A DNA stretch of 63,103 nt, counting the filler, from Thermoplasmatota archaeon (GTDB lineage: Archaea; Thermoplasmatota; E2; JACPAO01; JAHFTW01), in the NCBI GenBank assembly GCA_041623215.1. It is 9 parts of 9 records of this genome, joined end to end, with 100 filler letters (N's around TTAATTAATTAA, not from the genome) between each part and the next. Parts side by side here need not be neighbours in the genome. Positions count along the whole stretch, not along the records: positions 1 to 7,146 come from JBFJXH010000087.1; positions 7,247 to 14,350 come from JBFJXH010000088.1; 7 more parts are not named here. The stretch is one strand, 5' to 3'. A program made the position numbers and the translations under genes. Shown here one piece after another: positions 1-10,080 of the stretch. The notes under the pieces are model-generated. The model was not told the DNA's origin and ran no database searches. It saw only the letters and a list, made by a program, of their open reading frames with translations. How positions within the stretch are numbered: the first letter of the stretch is position 1; every line of letters starts with the position of its first letter.

Positions 1-74
1 CCTGCGCCGCCTCTTTTACAGTTCAAAAAGATTAAGACGGGCAGCAATGCTGGAAAACGCGGTAGGTAGTCTAT

Positions 75-3000
75 ATGCTAAACCTTCGACGTCTCGTCAT
101 CGTCAGCGCGGCGCTTCTGCTCGCGTTTACCATCGCCCCCGGCCTGAACGGCCAAGCAGTGCCTGATGTGGTGGTTTGCCCCACCAGCATGAATGGGTGC
201 GACTACACCGACATTCAGGCCGCCATTGACGCGGCAGCACCCGGTTGGACCATTGAAGTGCGCCCCGGAACCTACGTCCTGACTGACACGCTGCTAGTGG
301 ATGAATCGGTTGCCCTCGTAGGTCCCCAAATGGGCGTTGACCCGAGGCCCTCCGCGGGTTCGCTGCGAAGTGCAAGCGACGCTGCCTCCGAGGCCATCCT
401 CGTGGGTCCCGCCAAGCCGGACGAGAAGAACAAAATCATGGCCATTGTGGCGGACAGCGTCGTCGTGGATGGCTTCACCTTCAGCGGCTTCAAGAACTCG
501 GATGCTGCCAAGGCGGCGGCTGTATCCGGCGTGGTCCTCCGGAACAACATGATGGTCCCTGGAGGCGGCGACGGCAGTCTGGGTGTCTCGGTCAACTTCG
601 ACGACTGCGATGGCTGCACGTTGCAGGCAAACCACCTTGACGGTGCCCATCGACGCGCGTTCTACATTTCTTCAGCCTCCGAGGGCACGACCATCGCGGA
701 CAACGAAATCGTCGGGCACAACTACCACTACGCCGCAATCGAAGTGTGTGGGCCCGATGCCACCGTGACCGGTAACTTGGTCCGCGACAGCGTGGCGTAC
801 GATGCCTACCCGGCCATGGCCGCCATTGCGGTCGGCAGCGGCGACCACCGCTGCACCGGAGTAGATGGCACCTACCTGATTAGCGGCAACACGGTGATTG
901 GCAACAGTGGCGCGGGCGGCATTGACGTTGCCACCAATGTGCAATCCTGCTTTGACCCCGCCACCACGACGGTCGCAATCTCCAACAACATCATTGGCCC
1001 CAATGCGGCAGGAACCGGCATTCGAATTGGCCCCCTGACGGCCCCCGGCATTCCTGCTGCGGCTGATTGTGCCCTCGACATTGCTGCGTCGGTACTTGTC
1101 AACGGCAACGACATTGCGGGCAATCCCGACGGCGGCGTCGCCAACGGCCAGACGTTTGGCTCCTTCGTGGATGCCACGGGCAACTACTGGGGCAGCAACG
1201 ACGGCCCCAGCGGCGTGGGTCCCGGCTCAGGCGACGCTGTCACGGACCGCGTTGATTACGGCGGCTTCACCACGGCGCCCATCATTGAAGGCCCGGTGCG
1301 CATCCTCGGCGGCGCTTACCACTGCCTAACCAGTTCTGAATTCTACACCAACATCCCGCAAGCGATTGGCTGCGCGAATGCAGGGGCCACCATCGTCGTG
1401 GACCCCGGCGACTACCGAGCTAGCTTCGTGATTCCGACGGGTCTTGACGGCCTAACTCTGTGCCAAGCCAATGAGGACCAAGACGCGTGCGCCGACCCGT
1501 TGGCTGCTGGCTTCAATCCCGCAGCGGTCCAGGTGTTACCTGACCCCGAAGGCCACCCTGGCATCATCGTAGTGAAGAGTGACGATGTCACGATTCAGGG
1601 CCTGGGTGTCACCGACGATTTGGTTGGTCACACCACGCACAGCCACCACCTTGTTGCCCTACAGGCCGACCGAGGAACGTACAGTCACGGAACCATCCAA
1701 GGACGCGGCGCAACTTGCGACTCCAGCATCCAAGATGTGGGCGTCATGATCCGCGGCTTCAACTCCGTTGGCGACGAAATCGGCGCCGACAACACGGTCC
1801 ATGCCGCCCATCTGAGCGGCCTTTGCTGGGGCATCACGGCTACCAAGTCGCCCATTTCAGACACCAACAACGACCCCGCCACGGGCACTGTGGTCACGGA
1901 CACCGTCCTCGACGACATCGCTGGTTCCGGCATCCTGGTGAATGGCGCGAGTGGCCTCACCGCCACTGGCAACACCTTCTCCAACAGTGGGGCCGGTGTG
2001 TTCTTCGATAAGGTAAGTACCCAAGCTTGGACGGTGACGGACAACACCTTCGCCGGCAACGGTTGGAACCTACGTCTCTATGGCACCACTGCCAACAACG
2101 ACGTGGACGCTCGGTACAATGACTGGGGGGCCTACGACTGCGTTGCCATCAACGCGCTCATCCAAGACGGCGGAACGGACAACGCGGTTGCCATTAGTCC
2201 CTGGCGCATGAGCAGCGCCCCCGGCGCGGCCCTTGAAGGCTGCGTTCGCCTCTCGAGCGGGGCGTGGTATGACACCATCCAACAAGCAATCGATGCGGCA
2301 CTGCCGGGCGACGCCGTCCTTCTCTGGACGGGCCACAGCTACGCTGAATCGGTCAGCATTGCCACGCCCGGCATTACCTTGTGTCAAGGCGATGCAACCA
2401 TGACGGCCTGTGGCAGCGACCCGGCAGACACCGTAATCGATGCTTCCGGCCAAGCAAGCCCCCTCATTGACATCGCAGCTGACGGCGTGACCCTAGAGGG
2501 CTTCACGCTGCTTCATGCGGGTGCCGCCACCCAGGCGATTGTGGGCATTGACTTCTCGGGCACGGACGGTACCACGCTCGACAATCTCATCATTTCCTTG
2601 GAGGGCGGAGGCTGCGGACCCAGTGTCATCGTGCAAGGTTCGTGCTACCTACCCTACCCCATCACCGGCGCTATTGGTGCCAGCACCACCAACGCGCTGG
2701 TCCAGGATACCCTGTTTAGCGCCAGTCTTCTTGGCGACGACTCGACCCTAGGTGGGACCAATGGCCTCATCCTCGGCGGTGCGGGAGGGGCGGTGACCAA
2801 CAGCCACTTTGAGTACTGGGTCAGCAACGGGCTTTTCTTGACCGGCACCGGCACGTCGGCGGACGGCAACAGCTTCGACATCAACAGCAGCGGTCTCTTG
2901 GTCTGCGACGGCGGCTCGGACGCGGCCATTACCAACAACTTGTTCGGGCTGTCTCAGGACGCCGTAGCGCTGTGCGGGGGCGCCGATGAGACGGTCATCA

Positions 3001-4109
3001 ACGAGAACTTCATGGACCGGCCGCACGTCGGCCTGAGCTTGCGAGCGGCTGGCCTCGATGTTGATGCACGCTTCAACCACTGGGGGGCCTTCCGCAACGA
3101 CACCATTCACGCGAGCCGCATCCAAGGCGACTCGGCGGATGTGGATGTGGGCTGCTTCTACGACCTCGACGGCGTCACTCCCGTGTGTCCCCCGGTCGTC
3201 GACTTCTCCTTCCTGCAAGTGGCACAGGTCGACTGGCCCAAGACCGTGACCTTCGCCGACCAAAGCACGTTTTCCGACACGAATCGGATGTCGCGCCTGT
3301 GGACGTTCCACGATGGCACCACCTCCTCGGAAAGCAATCCGAAGGACACCTACTACGCGCCGGGTCTGTACCCTGTCCGCCTCGCCGTGAGCGACGACCG
3401 AGGGTACGTCATTTCTGAGACGAAGACGATCCCGATTCTGCAAGACAACTACCGCTTTGAGCTGACACCCTTGTTCCAGGTCCAACAGGATGTCTCGCCC
3501 GGCCAAACCCTGGCATTTGACGTTCGCGTTGACAACCTTGGCGTTCTGGGTGACACCTATGGCATCACGGTCGCCAACGCTGCAGGATGGGCCTGGAGTC
3601 ACCCCGCATCGGTGAGCTTGGCTAGTGGTGGCTCACAGGTCGTGTCCTTCTCCGCGGTGGTCCCAGCCAACAGTGGCGAGTCCGCCCCCAGCTTCGTGGT
3701 CACGAGCGGCGGCAACCAAGACTCGGAAGCGGTGCTCGTGGACTTGGCGGTTCGCCCCACCATCGTCGTGACGCTCGCCTCCACAACCGTGTACGAAGGC
3801 GATGAACTGGCCGGCAAGATTCGCTTGACCTTCCCCGATGGTTCGCCGGTGGCCAACCAGGCTGTTTCGCTGGAGGCTCGGCACGCCCTGTTCAGCGACG
3901 CCGGCCTTGGTGCCTTGGCGACGGTTGTCGAGGATCACGTGACCGATGCGAATGGCTTCGTCCGCTTCGAGATTACTCGGGTGGAGGCGGCTGGCAGTCC
4001 GTTGTACGGCCTGCGGGGCCAACACGTGCTAACCATCTCGGCCGACTACTTCGGAAGTCTCTACGAGCAATCGCTGTCTTACACGGTCCGGCCGGTCGTC
4101 AGCCTCTGA
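75..4109 (+). CDS. Large secreted/surface protein: right-handed beta-helix repeats, PKD domain, Ig-like C-terminal domains
   Basis: 1344-aa ORF. Signal peptide; recurring 'Y..IQ.AI' and 'VDA..N.WG' beta-helix module caps; PKD motif (WTFHDG...Y.APG.Y.V.L.V.D). Confidence 0.8.
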   Translation: MLNLRRLVIVSAALLLAFTIAPGLNGQAVPDVVVCPTSMNGCDYTDIQAAIDAAAPGWTIEVRPGTYVLTDTLLVDESVALVGPQMGVDPRPSAGSLRSASDAASEAILVGPAKPDEKNKIMAIVADSVVVDGFTFSGFKNSDAAKAAAVSGVVLRNNMMVPGGGDGSLGVSVNFDDCDGCTLQANHLDGAHRRAFYISSASEGTTIADNEIVGHNYHYAAIEVCGPDATVTGNLVRDSVAYDAYPAMAAIAVGSGDHRCTGVDGTYLISGNTVIGNSGAGGIDVATNVQSCFDPATTTVAISNNIIGPNAAGTGIRIGPLTAPGIPAAADCALDIAASVLVNGNDIAGNPDGGVANGQTFGSFVDATGNYWGSNDGPSGVGPGSGDAVTDRVDYGGFTTAPIIEGPVRILGGAYHCLTSSEFYTNIPQAIGCANAGATIVVDPGDYRASFVIPTGLDGLTLCQANEDQDACADPLAAGFNPAAVQVLPDPEGHPGIIVVKSDDVTIQGLGVTDDLVGHTTHSHHLVALQADRGTYSHGTIQGRGATCDSSIQDVGVMIRGFNSVGDEIGADNTVHAAHLSGLCWGITATKSPISDTNNDPATGTVVTDTVLDDIAGSGILVNGASGLTATGNTFSNSGAGVFFDKVSTQAWTVTDNTFAGNGWNLRLYGTTANNDVDARYNDWGAYDCVAINALIQDGGTDNAVAISPWRMSSAPGAALEGCVRLSSGAWYDTIQQAIDAALPGDAVLLWTGHSYAESVSIATPGITLCQGDATMTACGSDPADTVIDASGQASPLIDIAADGVTLEGFTLLHAGAATQAIVGIDFSGTDGTTLDNLIISLEGGGCGPSVIVQGSCYLPYPITGAIGASTTNALVQDTLFSASLLGDDSTLGGTNGLILGGAGGAVTNSHFEYWVSNGLFLTGTGTSADGNSFDINSSGLLVCDGGSDAAITNNLFGLSQDAVALCGGADETVINENFMDRPHVGLSLRAAGLDVDARFNHWGAFRNDTIHASRIQGDSADVDVGCFYDLDGVTPVCPPVVDFSFLQVAQVDWPKTVTFADQSTFSDTNRMSRLWTFHDGTTSSESNPKDTYYAPGLYPVRLAVSDDRGYVISETKTIPILQDNYRFELTPLFQVQQDVSPGQTLAFDVRVDNLGVLGDTYGITVANAAGWAWSHPASVSLASGGSQVVSFSAVVPANSGESAPSFVVTSGGNQDSEAVLVDLAVRPTIVVTLASTTVYEGDELAGKIRLTFPDGSPVANQAVSLEARHALFSDAGLGALATVVEDHVTDANGFVRFEITRVEAAGSPLYGLRGQHVLTISADYFGSLYEQSLSYTVRPVVSL

Positions 4110-4135
4110 TGGTCATACTCGGCCACCAACAACCG

Positions 4136-4141
4136 TATATA
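4136..4141 (+). promoter_or_regulatory. Putative archaeal TATA box (TATATA)
   Basis: AT-rich hexamer in GC-rich context ~24 nt before GTG 4165; typical spacing for a leaderless archaeal transcript. Confidence 0.55.
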
Positions 4142-4164
4142 GGCCGAAGAGCGCGTCTCCTAGT

Positions 4165-5310
4165 GTGACTCGCTTTGACCGTCCCGGCATTCGCACGCTA
4201 TTCCTAGCTACCCTAGCTGGCTTGGCGTTGGTCTGCCTGCCCGTCATTGCCTCGGCGGCGGGCGACGAGGCGCTGCCGCCGGCAGCCCGCAACGCCACGG
4301 GCGATGGTTCCGACCCCCTTGGTGCCATCGGCGACGCGGTCGAAGCGGTTGGGGACGCAATCACGGCGACCGGTCAAGGCGTCGTGGATGTCGGCAGCGC
4401 TGCTGGCCGGTTGGCCCTGGATGCCGTTACCGGCCTTGCTGCGATGGCCGCCTCTGCCGCCGTGGGCTTGGCGCGTGGCGCTGCTGCCACCGGCGACGCC
4501 TTGTTCGCGACGGTGGCTTGGTTGGGCGCAGCCCTTGGCGCCGCGCTGGCGGCTTCGGGGCGCACGATTGCCTGGCTTGGCGGCCTCGCGTGGGACGCAT
4601 TCCTTGGTTATTGGGGCATCGTCGCAGCGTTGCGCCCCGCGCCCATGCCGGCAATCGCCTACACCGGCATGGTGGCAACCACGGCCACCGCGACCTCGGC
4701 CGCGGGCGGCTGGGCTGGCTGGAATGCCCTACGAAAATGGGGCGTTCTTGGCTCCGGCCTCGGAGGTGTCGCGGGCTTTAGCCGCATCCAAGACTCGCAG
4801 CTGCTAGAGCACCCCGTGCGCGCGGATATGTACGGCCTCATCCAGCACAACCCCGGCATCCACGCCAGCCAATTGGCGCGCGACTTGGACATCGGCTGGG
4901 GCACGGTTACCCACCACCTGCAAAAGCTAGAGAAGGGCCGTCTCGTGGCCGCTCGCAAGGTCCGCAACCAGAAGTGCTACTTCGAAAATGGCGGCGCTGT
5001 TCCTCGCGGCGACATGGCCGTGGCGAGTGCCGTGCAATCCGACACCGCGGCCCGCATTGCCGAATTTGTCGCCGCCCATCCCCTGACAAGCCAGAAGGAC
5101 GCGGCCGACGCGCTCGAACTTTCGCCCGCCCTAGTCAGCTTCCACGTCAAGAAGCTGGCCGCCTATGGCGTGCTGGAAAAAATGCGCCATGGCAAACAGG
5201 TGCTACTTACCACGACCGAGGCAATGCGCCGGGTCATGGCCGCCGGCGCCATCACCCACTTCGCTCAAGCCGATGGCCATGCCGAGGTCCCCATGGCCTA
5301 TTCAAGCTAG
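4165..5310 (+). CDS. Membrane-anchored double winged-HTH transcriptional regulator
   Basis: Hydrophobic Ala/Gly-rich N-terminus, then two wHTH units (LLEHPVRADMYGLIQHNPGIHASQL...HHLQKLE; SQKDAADALELSPALVSFHVKKL). Confidence 0.7.
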   Translation: MTRFDRPGIRTLFLATLAGLALVCLPVIASAAGDEALPPAARNATGDGSDPLGAIGDAVEAVGDAITATGQGVVDVGSAAGRLALDAVTGLAAMAASAAVGLARGAAATGDALFATVAWLGAALGAALAASGRTIAWLGGLAWDAFLGYWGIVAALRPAPMPAIAYTGMVATTATATSAAGGWAGWNALRKWGVLGSGLGGVAGFSRIQDSQLLEHPVRADMYGLIQHNPGIHASQLARDLDIGWGTVTHHLQKLEKGRLVAARKVRNQKCYFENGGAVPRGDMAVASAVQSDTAARIAEFVAAHPLTSQKDAADALELSPALVSFHVKKLAAYGVLEKMRHGKQVLLTTTEAMRRVMAAGAITHFAQADGHAEVPMAYSS

Positions 5311-5340
5311 ACCGCTGGTGGTTCCGGTTAAGGGGTCGCC

Positions 5341-6432
5341 ATGCTTGGACGGCCCGTGGCCCATCTTGTGGTCCTGTCGGGTGACCACGAGTCGCTACCC
5401 GACGCCGAACTGGATGCCCTGTTGGCGGTGTACGCGCCCGCCTGTAGCACCAAAAACCTGGGGCCACGCGTCCGGGTTGTCGCCGCTACAGCGGACGACA
5501 GTCCCGACGACGAGCGAGCCGCTGAGGTGGCGATTGGACGCATGGTTAGTCAGCGCTCCCACGGCACCTACATCGCCACGGTAGGCGACGAGGAGGCTCA
5601 GCTTGAGAGGCTTGCAAGCGCAGTGGGTGAGGCATGGTCCGGTTCAGGCGCCGCCGGGTCGGTGTCCGCACGGGCTCTTCGCCTCGGACCTCGGGGAGCC
5701 GGCCCAAAAAGTTCCACCATTGAACGTACGGTTGGCGCGGCACTTGCTGCAGCAGGGGCCGCCATTGATTTGGACCGGGCCGACTGGGTTGTGGAGGTGT
5801 GGCGCGACGGCAAGTCGCTGCATGCGTTGCTGCGCCAGCGAATCGACGTTGGGGCCGAAGCACGGTACGCGGACCGGGCGGTGGAACAGCGCGATCACTT
5901 CAGCCCCATTGGTTTGCACCCACGTCGAGCGGCGGTTCTCGTGAACTTGGCACGCGTGACTCCAGGGGACGTTGTGTACGACCCGTTTTGCGGCACTGGA
6001 GGCATTGTCCTGGAGGCGGCGCTGCTAGGGTTCCAGGCGGTGGGCAGTGACCGCGACGCCTGGATGGTGCAAGGAACGCTGGCCACGTTGGCTGATGCGG
6101 CACCAGGAGGCGCCTTGGAGGGCCTCGTGTATCAAGCCGACATTGGCGACGCTCCGGCGCTGGTGCCCCGCGTTGTCGGAGGAATTGTCGCTGACCTGCC
6201 GTATGGTCGTGCCTCGGGGACGGACCTTGAGCCCGTCCAAGCGCTGTATGAGCGCGCCGTAGCCGCGTTTGCACGCATGCTGGCGGCGGGGCGACGGGCG
6301 GTGGTCGGTCTAGCGGACCCGGAGCTGCTTCGCACGGCGGCTGAGTCGTCCGGTTTTCGCGTCGTGGAGCATCACCCCGAGTACGTCCACCGCAGCCTTA
6401 CGCGCCACTGGCTGGTCCTGGAAAAACAGTGA
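5341..6432 (+). CDS. THUMP-domain SAM methyltransferase, TrmG10/Trm11-like tRNA m2G10 methyltransferase
   Basis: YDPFCGTGG motif I, ADLPYG motif, C-terminal YVHRSLTR; adjacent to RNase Z. Confidence 0.75.
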   Translation: MLGRPVAHLVVLSGDHESLPDAELDALLAVYAPACSTKNLGPRVRVVAATADDSPDDERAAEVAIGRMVSQRSHGTYIATVGDEEAQLERLASAVGEAWSGSGAAGSVSARALRLGPRGAGPKSSTIERTVGAALAAAGAAIDLDRADWVVEVWRDGKSLHALLRQRIDVGAEARYADRAVEQRDHFSPIGLHPRRAAVLVNLARVTPGDVVYDPFCGTGGIVLEAALLGFQAVGSDRDAWMVQGTLATLADAAPGGALEGLVYQADIGDAPALVPRVVGGIVADLPYGRASGTDLEPVQALYERAVAAFARMLAAGRRAVVGLADPELLRTAAESSGFRVVEHHPEYVHRSLTRHWLVLEKQ

Positions 6433-6501
6433 TTGGGCGCCCGGTGGGCAACGATACCGTCAAACCGGATAGCGGCGTGGAAGGAACCGTTGGCCAGCGA
6501 G

Positions 6502-7146
6502 ATGCATGTCACGTTTCTGGGCACCGGTGCCAGTTGGCCCACGGCAGAGCGCGGGCTCTCGGCCGTCGCCGTCAAGCGGGGCGGCGAAGTCCTTCTGTTT
6601 GACTGCGGTGAAGGGACGCAGCGGCAGTTACAGCGAAGCGGGTTATCCTATCAACAGATTTCTCAGATTTATTTGTCCCATTATCACGGCGACCACTGTT
6701 TCGGTGTTCCCGGCTTAATCAAAACCATGGCGCTCAACGAGCGCGACCGGCCCTTGGCCATCTATGGGCCTAAGGGTCTCTCTCGGATGGTAGAGGCATG
6801 GCGTCAAATGGGAGGTTGGACCAATCAGTTTCCGATAACCGTGCAGGAACTGGATGCAGGTGACGTGGTGAATCAAGAGCACTACGCTATCGAGGCGCAC
6901 CGCGCCGATCACTCCGTGCGCAACCTTGCCTACGCGCTTCAGGAACCAGACCGTCCGGGTCGCTTCGACAAGCCACGTGCCCTTGAGCTGGGCGTTCCCG
7001 AAGGACGCATGTTTGGTCAGTTGCAACGCGGCCAAGCGGTCACGCTTGCCGATGGCACGGTTGTCTCGCCGGATGACGTGCTCGGGCCAGCGCGCTCTGG
7101 GCGACGGTTTGCGTATTCTGGCGATACCCAGCCTTGCCCCGAGTTA
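6502..7146 (+). CDS. rnz: Ribonuclease Z, 5' part (runs off contig; continues at 56344)
   Basis: FLGTGASWPT, LFDCGEGTQRQ, SHYHGDH metallo-beta-lactamase motif, exosite, YSGDT. Confidence 0.92.
7006..7146 (+). repeat. 141-bp sequence identical to 56344-56484 (contig end overlap)
   Basis: CGCATGTTTGGTCAG...CCCCGAGTTA occurs at the end of contig 1 and the start of contig 9. Confidence 0.95.
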
Positions 7147-7246
7147 NNNNNNNNNNNNNNNNNNNNNNNNNNNNNNNNNNNNNNNNNNNNTTAATTAATT
7201 AANNNNNNNNNNNNNNNNNNNNNNNNNNNNNNNNNNNNNNNNNNNN
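7147..7246. other. Artificial contig spacer
   Basis: 44 N + TTAATTAATTAA (stop in all six frames) + 44 N. Confidence 0.98.
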
Positions 7247-7284
7247 GCCAAGTCGGTCTTGAGAAGGGTCGTGAAGGTCTTCAT
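7247..7284 (-). CDS. 5' fragment of a probable second ABC permease (truncated by contig end)
   Basis: ATG overlaps the upstream ATPase stop (ATGA); MKTFTTLLKTDL open to contig edge. Product inferred from context only. Confidence 0.35.
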
Positions 7285-8204
7285 TTGCCCACCACCAGGT
7301 AGCGGAACACCGCTTCCACGTCGTCGTCCAGATTCTCAATCGCTTCGAACGGCATCCCAGATTCCACGAGGAAATCTCGCAGGTGCACGAGGAATGCTTC
7401 TGCGTCGGTGGTCTTCACCGTGATTGAGTCGCCGTCAGTCGTCAGTTCTTGCACGTCGTGCCAACCCCACAAGTGGGCGCCTAGGCGCCGGTGTTGGGAG
7501 CTTGTGATGCGGATGGTGCGCGGGTATTGCGCCAGCCAGGCACGAATCTCCGGCACCGTACCCGCTGCGCGAAGACGGGCTTTGTCCACGACAAGGATTC
7601 GTTCCGTCAGGGCCTCAACGTCGGACAATACGTGGGTGGAGAGTAAGACCGACCCGCCGTTGGCGGCGTGCTCGCGGATGAGGGAAATGAGGTCTCGGCG
7701 AGTGAGGGGGTCGGTGCCAATGAACGGTTCGTCCAAAATGAGCAGCTCCGGTTCGTGCATGAGCGCCAAGGCGAACTTGAGCCGCTGCCGCATGCCCTTG
7801 CTGAAGGTTCGAATGGGGCGACTGGCGTCAGCCGCCAAGCCAACGCGCTCCAAGGCACCATCAACGGCCGGGCCCGCAGCCTCTTCGGTGAGCCCAGCAA
7901 GGCGAGCCAGCCGCAGCGCCGCCGTGCGCGCCGGTAGGCGCTTCCACGGAGCGTCAGCCTCTGGGACATAGCCGATTCGAGACAGGGTTTCTGGGTGGCC
8001 CCACGGGTTTTCTCCGAGCACACGGATTGTGCCGGTCTTCGGCTTTTGCAATCCCATGACAAGGCGCAGCAACGTGGATTTTCCCGCGCCATTGGGCCCC
8101 AAAAGGCCAGTAACGCCCGGGCCAATCTGGGCGGTCACGTCGTTGAGTCCGATGACGTCGCCGTACCACTTGGATACCCCCTCCAGCTCAATGACGGCGG
8201 TCAT
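7281..8204 (-). CDS. ABC-2 type transporter ATP-binding protein
   Basis: Walker A GPNGAGKST, signature FSKGMRQR, LILDEP; start set at the ATGA overlap with the permease. Confidence 0.9.
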   Translation of the reverse strand: MTAVIELEGVSKWYGDVIGLNDVTAQIGPGVTGLLGPNGAGKSTLLRLVMGLQKPKTGTIRVLGENPWGHPETLSRIGYVPEADAPWKRLPARTAALRLARLAGLTEEAAGPAVDGALERVGLAADASRPIRTFSKGMRQRLKFALALMHEPELLILDEPFIGTDPLTRRDLISLIREHAANGGSVLLSTHVLSDVEALTERILVVDKARLRAAGTVPEIRAWLAQYPRTIRITSSQHRRLGAHLWGWHDVQELTTDGDSITVKTTDAEAFLVHLRDFLVESGMPFEAIENLDDDVEAVFRYLVVGK

Positions 8205-9007
8205 GCCTGACCCTCCAGGCGTGGATGTCGCATGATGACAAGCGTCCATCCAACCACCGCCACGCCAAGCAAGGCGACGAGCCCCCACCAGGCCGGGAAG
8301 TCGCCAGCGGGCGTTGTCCAGAGCCATTCATTTTGCGCTGCGTGCGCGGCCAACGGTGAGACAACAGCTAGCCGGGCGTCGTCAGTAATGCTGGACAGTA
8401 ATTGTGTCACGATGATTTCCAGCACGAATACCCCGGCAAACAAACTGACGGCAGCCGCCCTGCCGCTGCGGGACAAACACGAGAGGCCAAGGCCGGCGCC
8501 GGCCAGCGGCACCACCCACAGCAGGGACTGGCCAAGCGACCGCAGCGGCATCCAGGCCCAGCCTTCGGGGTGTTCCTGAAACAGCAGCACGGTGGCAAGC
8601 CCGTAGAGCAGCAAGGGAACCAGCGTCAGCAGGAACGTCATCAGCAAGACAGCGCCACTCTTGGCAAGTAGGTAGGTGCGCTGACTAACGGGCCGTGCGA
8701 AGTACAATTCCAATGCCCCGCTTCTCGTATCCTCCAGGAGCGCTGGCCCGGCCATGACTGCCGCCATGGCCAATACGCCCCAGCGTAGGTTGCCAGCAAA
8801 CTGGAGGAAATTTTCCAGCGTGTGGGCTGATTGGTCGGCACTGTTGAAGGCATAAACGCTCCCTAGAAACAAGACCGTGTATCCGGCCACGCCAATGGCC
8901 GCTAGCCGCCCCCATTGGTCGTCCCATGCGCGCAGCATCTCGTGCCGCACGATGGCCGGCCAGGCGGGTCTTGTGCCGGGGCGGTTGGACCAGCGTGCAT
9001 AGCTCAT
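8201..9007 (-). CDS. ABC-2 type transporter permease
   Basis: About six hydrophobic segments; EDTRSGALELYFARPVS..YLLAK motif. Confidence 0.85.
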   Translation of the reverse strand: MSYARWSNRPGTRPAWPAIVRHEMLRAWDDQWGRLAAIGVAGYTVLFLGSVYAFNSADQSAHTLENFLQFAGNLRWGVLAMAAVMAGPALLEDTRSGALELYFARPVSQRTYLLAKSGAVLLMTFLLTLVPLLLYGLATVLLFQEHPEGWAWMPLRSLGQSLLWVVPLAGAGLGLSCLSRSGRAAAVSLFAGVFVLEIIVTQLLSSITDDARLAVVSPLAAHAAQNEWLWTTPAGDFPAWWGLVALLGVAVVGWTLVIMRHPRLEGQA

Positions 9008-9975
9008 TCTTCTTCACCTCCCAATTCTTGTCCGGCGGCAGTGCCAAGGTGCACCCCTTCAACGGGCGCCGGCGACTGGCTGGGGGGATGTTCAAGAAGC
9101 TCAATGACCGCGGCCTCGAGGCCTTGCTCCATGGGCCGGATGCCACGAATGGTGATGTCTTCGTCTTGGGCAACCCGTAGCACATCAGTGGGGTTGTTCG
9201 TGGTAGCTACCAGGCGGTCGCCAAGCGTGGTGGTCGCAAGCCCGGTCGCTGCAAGCGCCTCGCTGAGCCGCGGCGCGTCATCGCCCGCCAGCACCTCATA
9301 CGCCCCGGCATGGGCGGACACCAGGCTACCCATATCGCCATGGGCCACCACTCGCCCCGCTTGCAGGACCAGTGCTTCGTCGGCAATTTCTTGGAGGTCT
9401 GCCAGAAGGTGTGTGCTGACAATCACCTGGATGCCCGCCCGGGCGAGGTCCTGAATGAGACTCAACATATGGGCCCGAGTTTCCGGGTCAACGGCTTCTG
9501 TAGGCTCGTCGAGAATTAGCAAATCCGGGTCGTGCACAAGCACCTGGGCAAGCTTCAGCCGCTGGCGCATGCCCTGCGAATAGTTGGCTGAGTAGCGATA
9601 GCGCTCTTCGCCCAACTCCACATAATCCAACACTTGGTGCGCCCGTTGCATGGCGGCGGCCGCTGGCATGCCCGCGAGCCGACCGGCATAGGCCACACTG
9701 GCAATACCGGTCAAGTCAGGAAATTGAGCGTCGCCCTCGGGGAAATACCCAATCCGCCTTCGCGCTTCCCCGCCTGCCACTTCGCCCAGGACCTCCACCT
9801 CGCCACTCGTAGGCGACAGCAGTCCGAGAAGCAACCGGATGAGCGTGGACTTGCCGGCCCCATTGGGGCCCACAATGCCTGTTACGGGGCCACGGAAATC
9901 AGCCGTTACAGGCCCAAGGCCGTGTTCGCCATCATAGAGCTTCACCACGTTCTGTAATCGGACTGCGGCGGGCAT
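9004..9975 (-). CDS. ABC-2 type transporter ATP-binding protein
   Basis: GPNGAGKST, YSQGMRQR, LILDEPT. Confidence 0.9.
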   Translation of the reverse strand: MPAAVRLQNVVKLYDGEHGLGPVTADFRGPVTGIVGPNGAGKSTLIRLLLGLLSPTSGEVEVLGEVAGGEARRRIGYFPEGDAQFPDLTGIASVAYAGRLAGMPAAAAMQRAHQVLDYVELGEERYRYSANYSQGMRQRLKLAQVLVHDPDLLILDEPTEAVDPETRAHMLSLIQDLARAGIQVIVSTHLLADLQEIADEALVLQAGRVVAHGDMGSLVSAHAGAYEVLAGDDAPRLSEALAATGLATTTLGDRLVATTNNPTDVLRVAQDEDITIRGIRPMEQGLEAAVIELLEHPPSQSPAPVEGVHLGTAAGQELGGEEE

Positions 9976-10080
9976 GGTGTCGGTGTGGGCAAACGGGTGT
10001 CCGTCAAGAACCTTACTTCGGAGGCACCGAATACAGAACCAGGGCCAGGCGAGGTCGAACGGGAGGGGGGCGGCGCGCCC

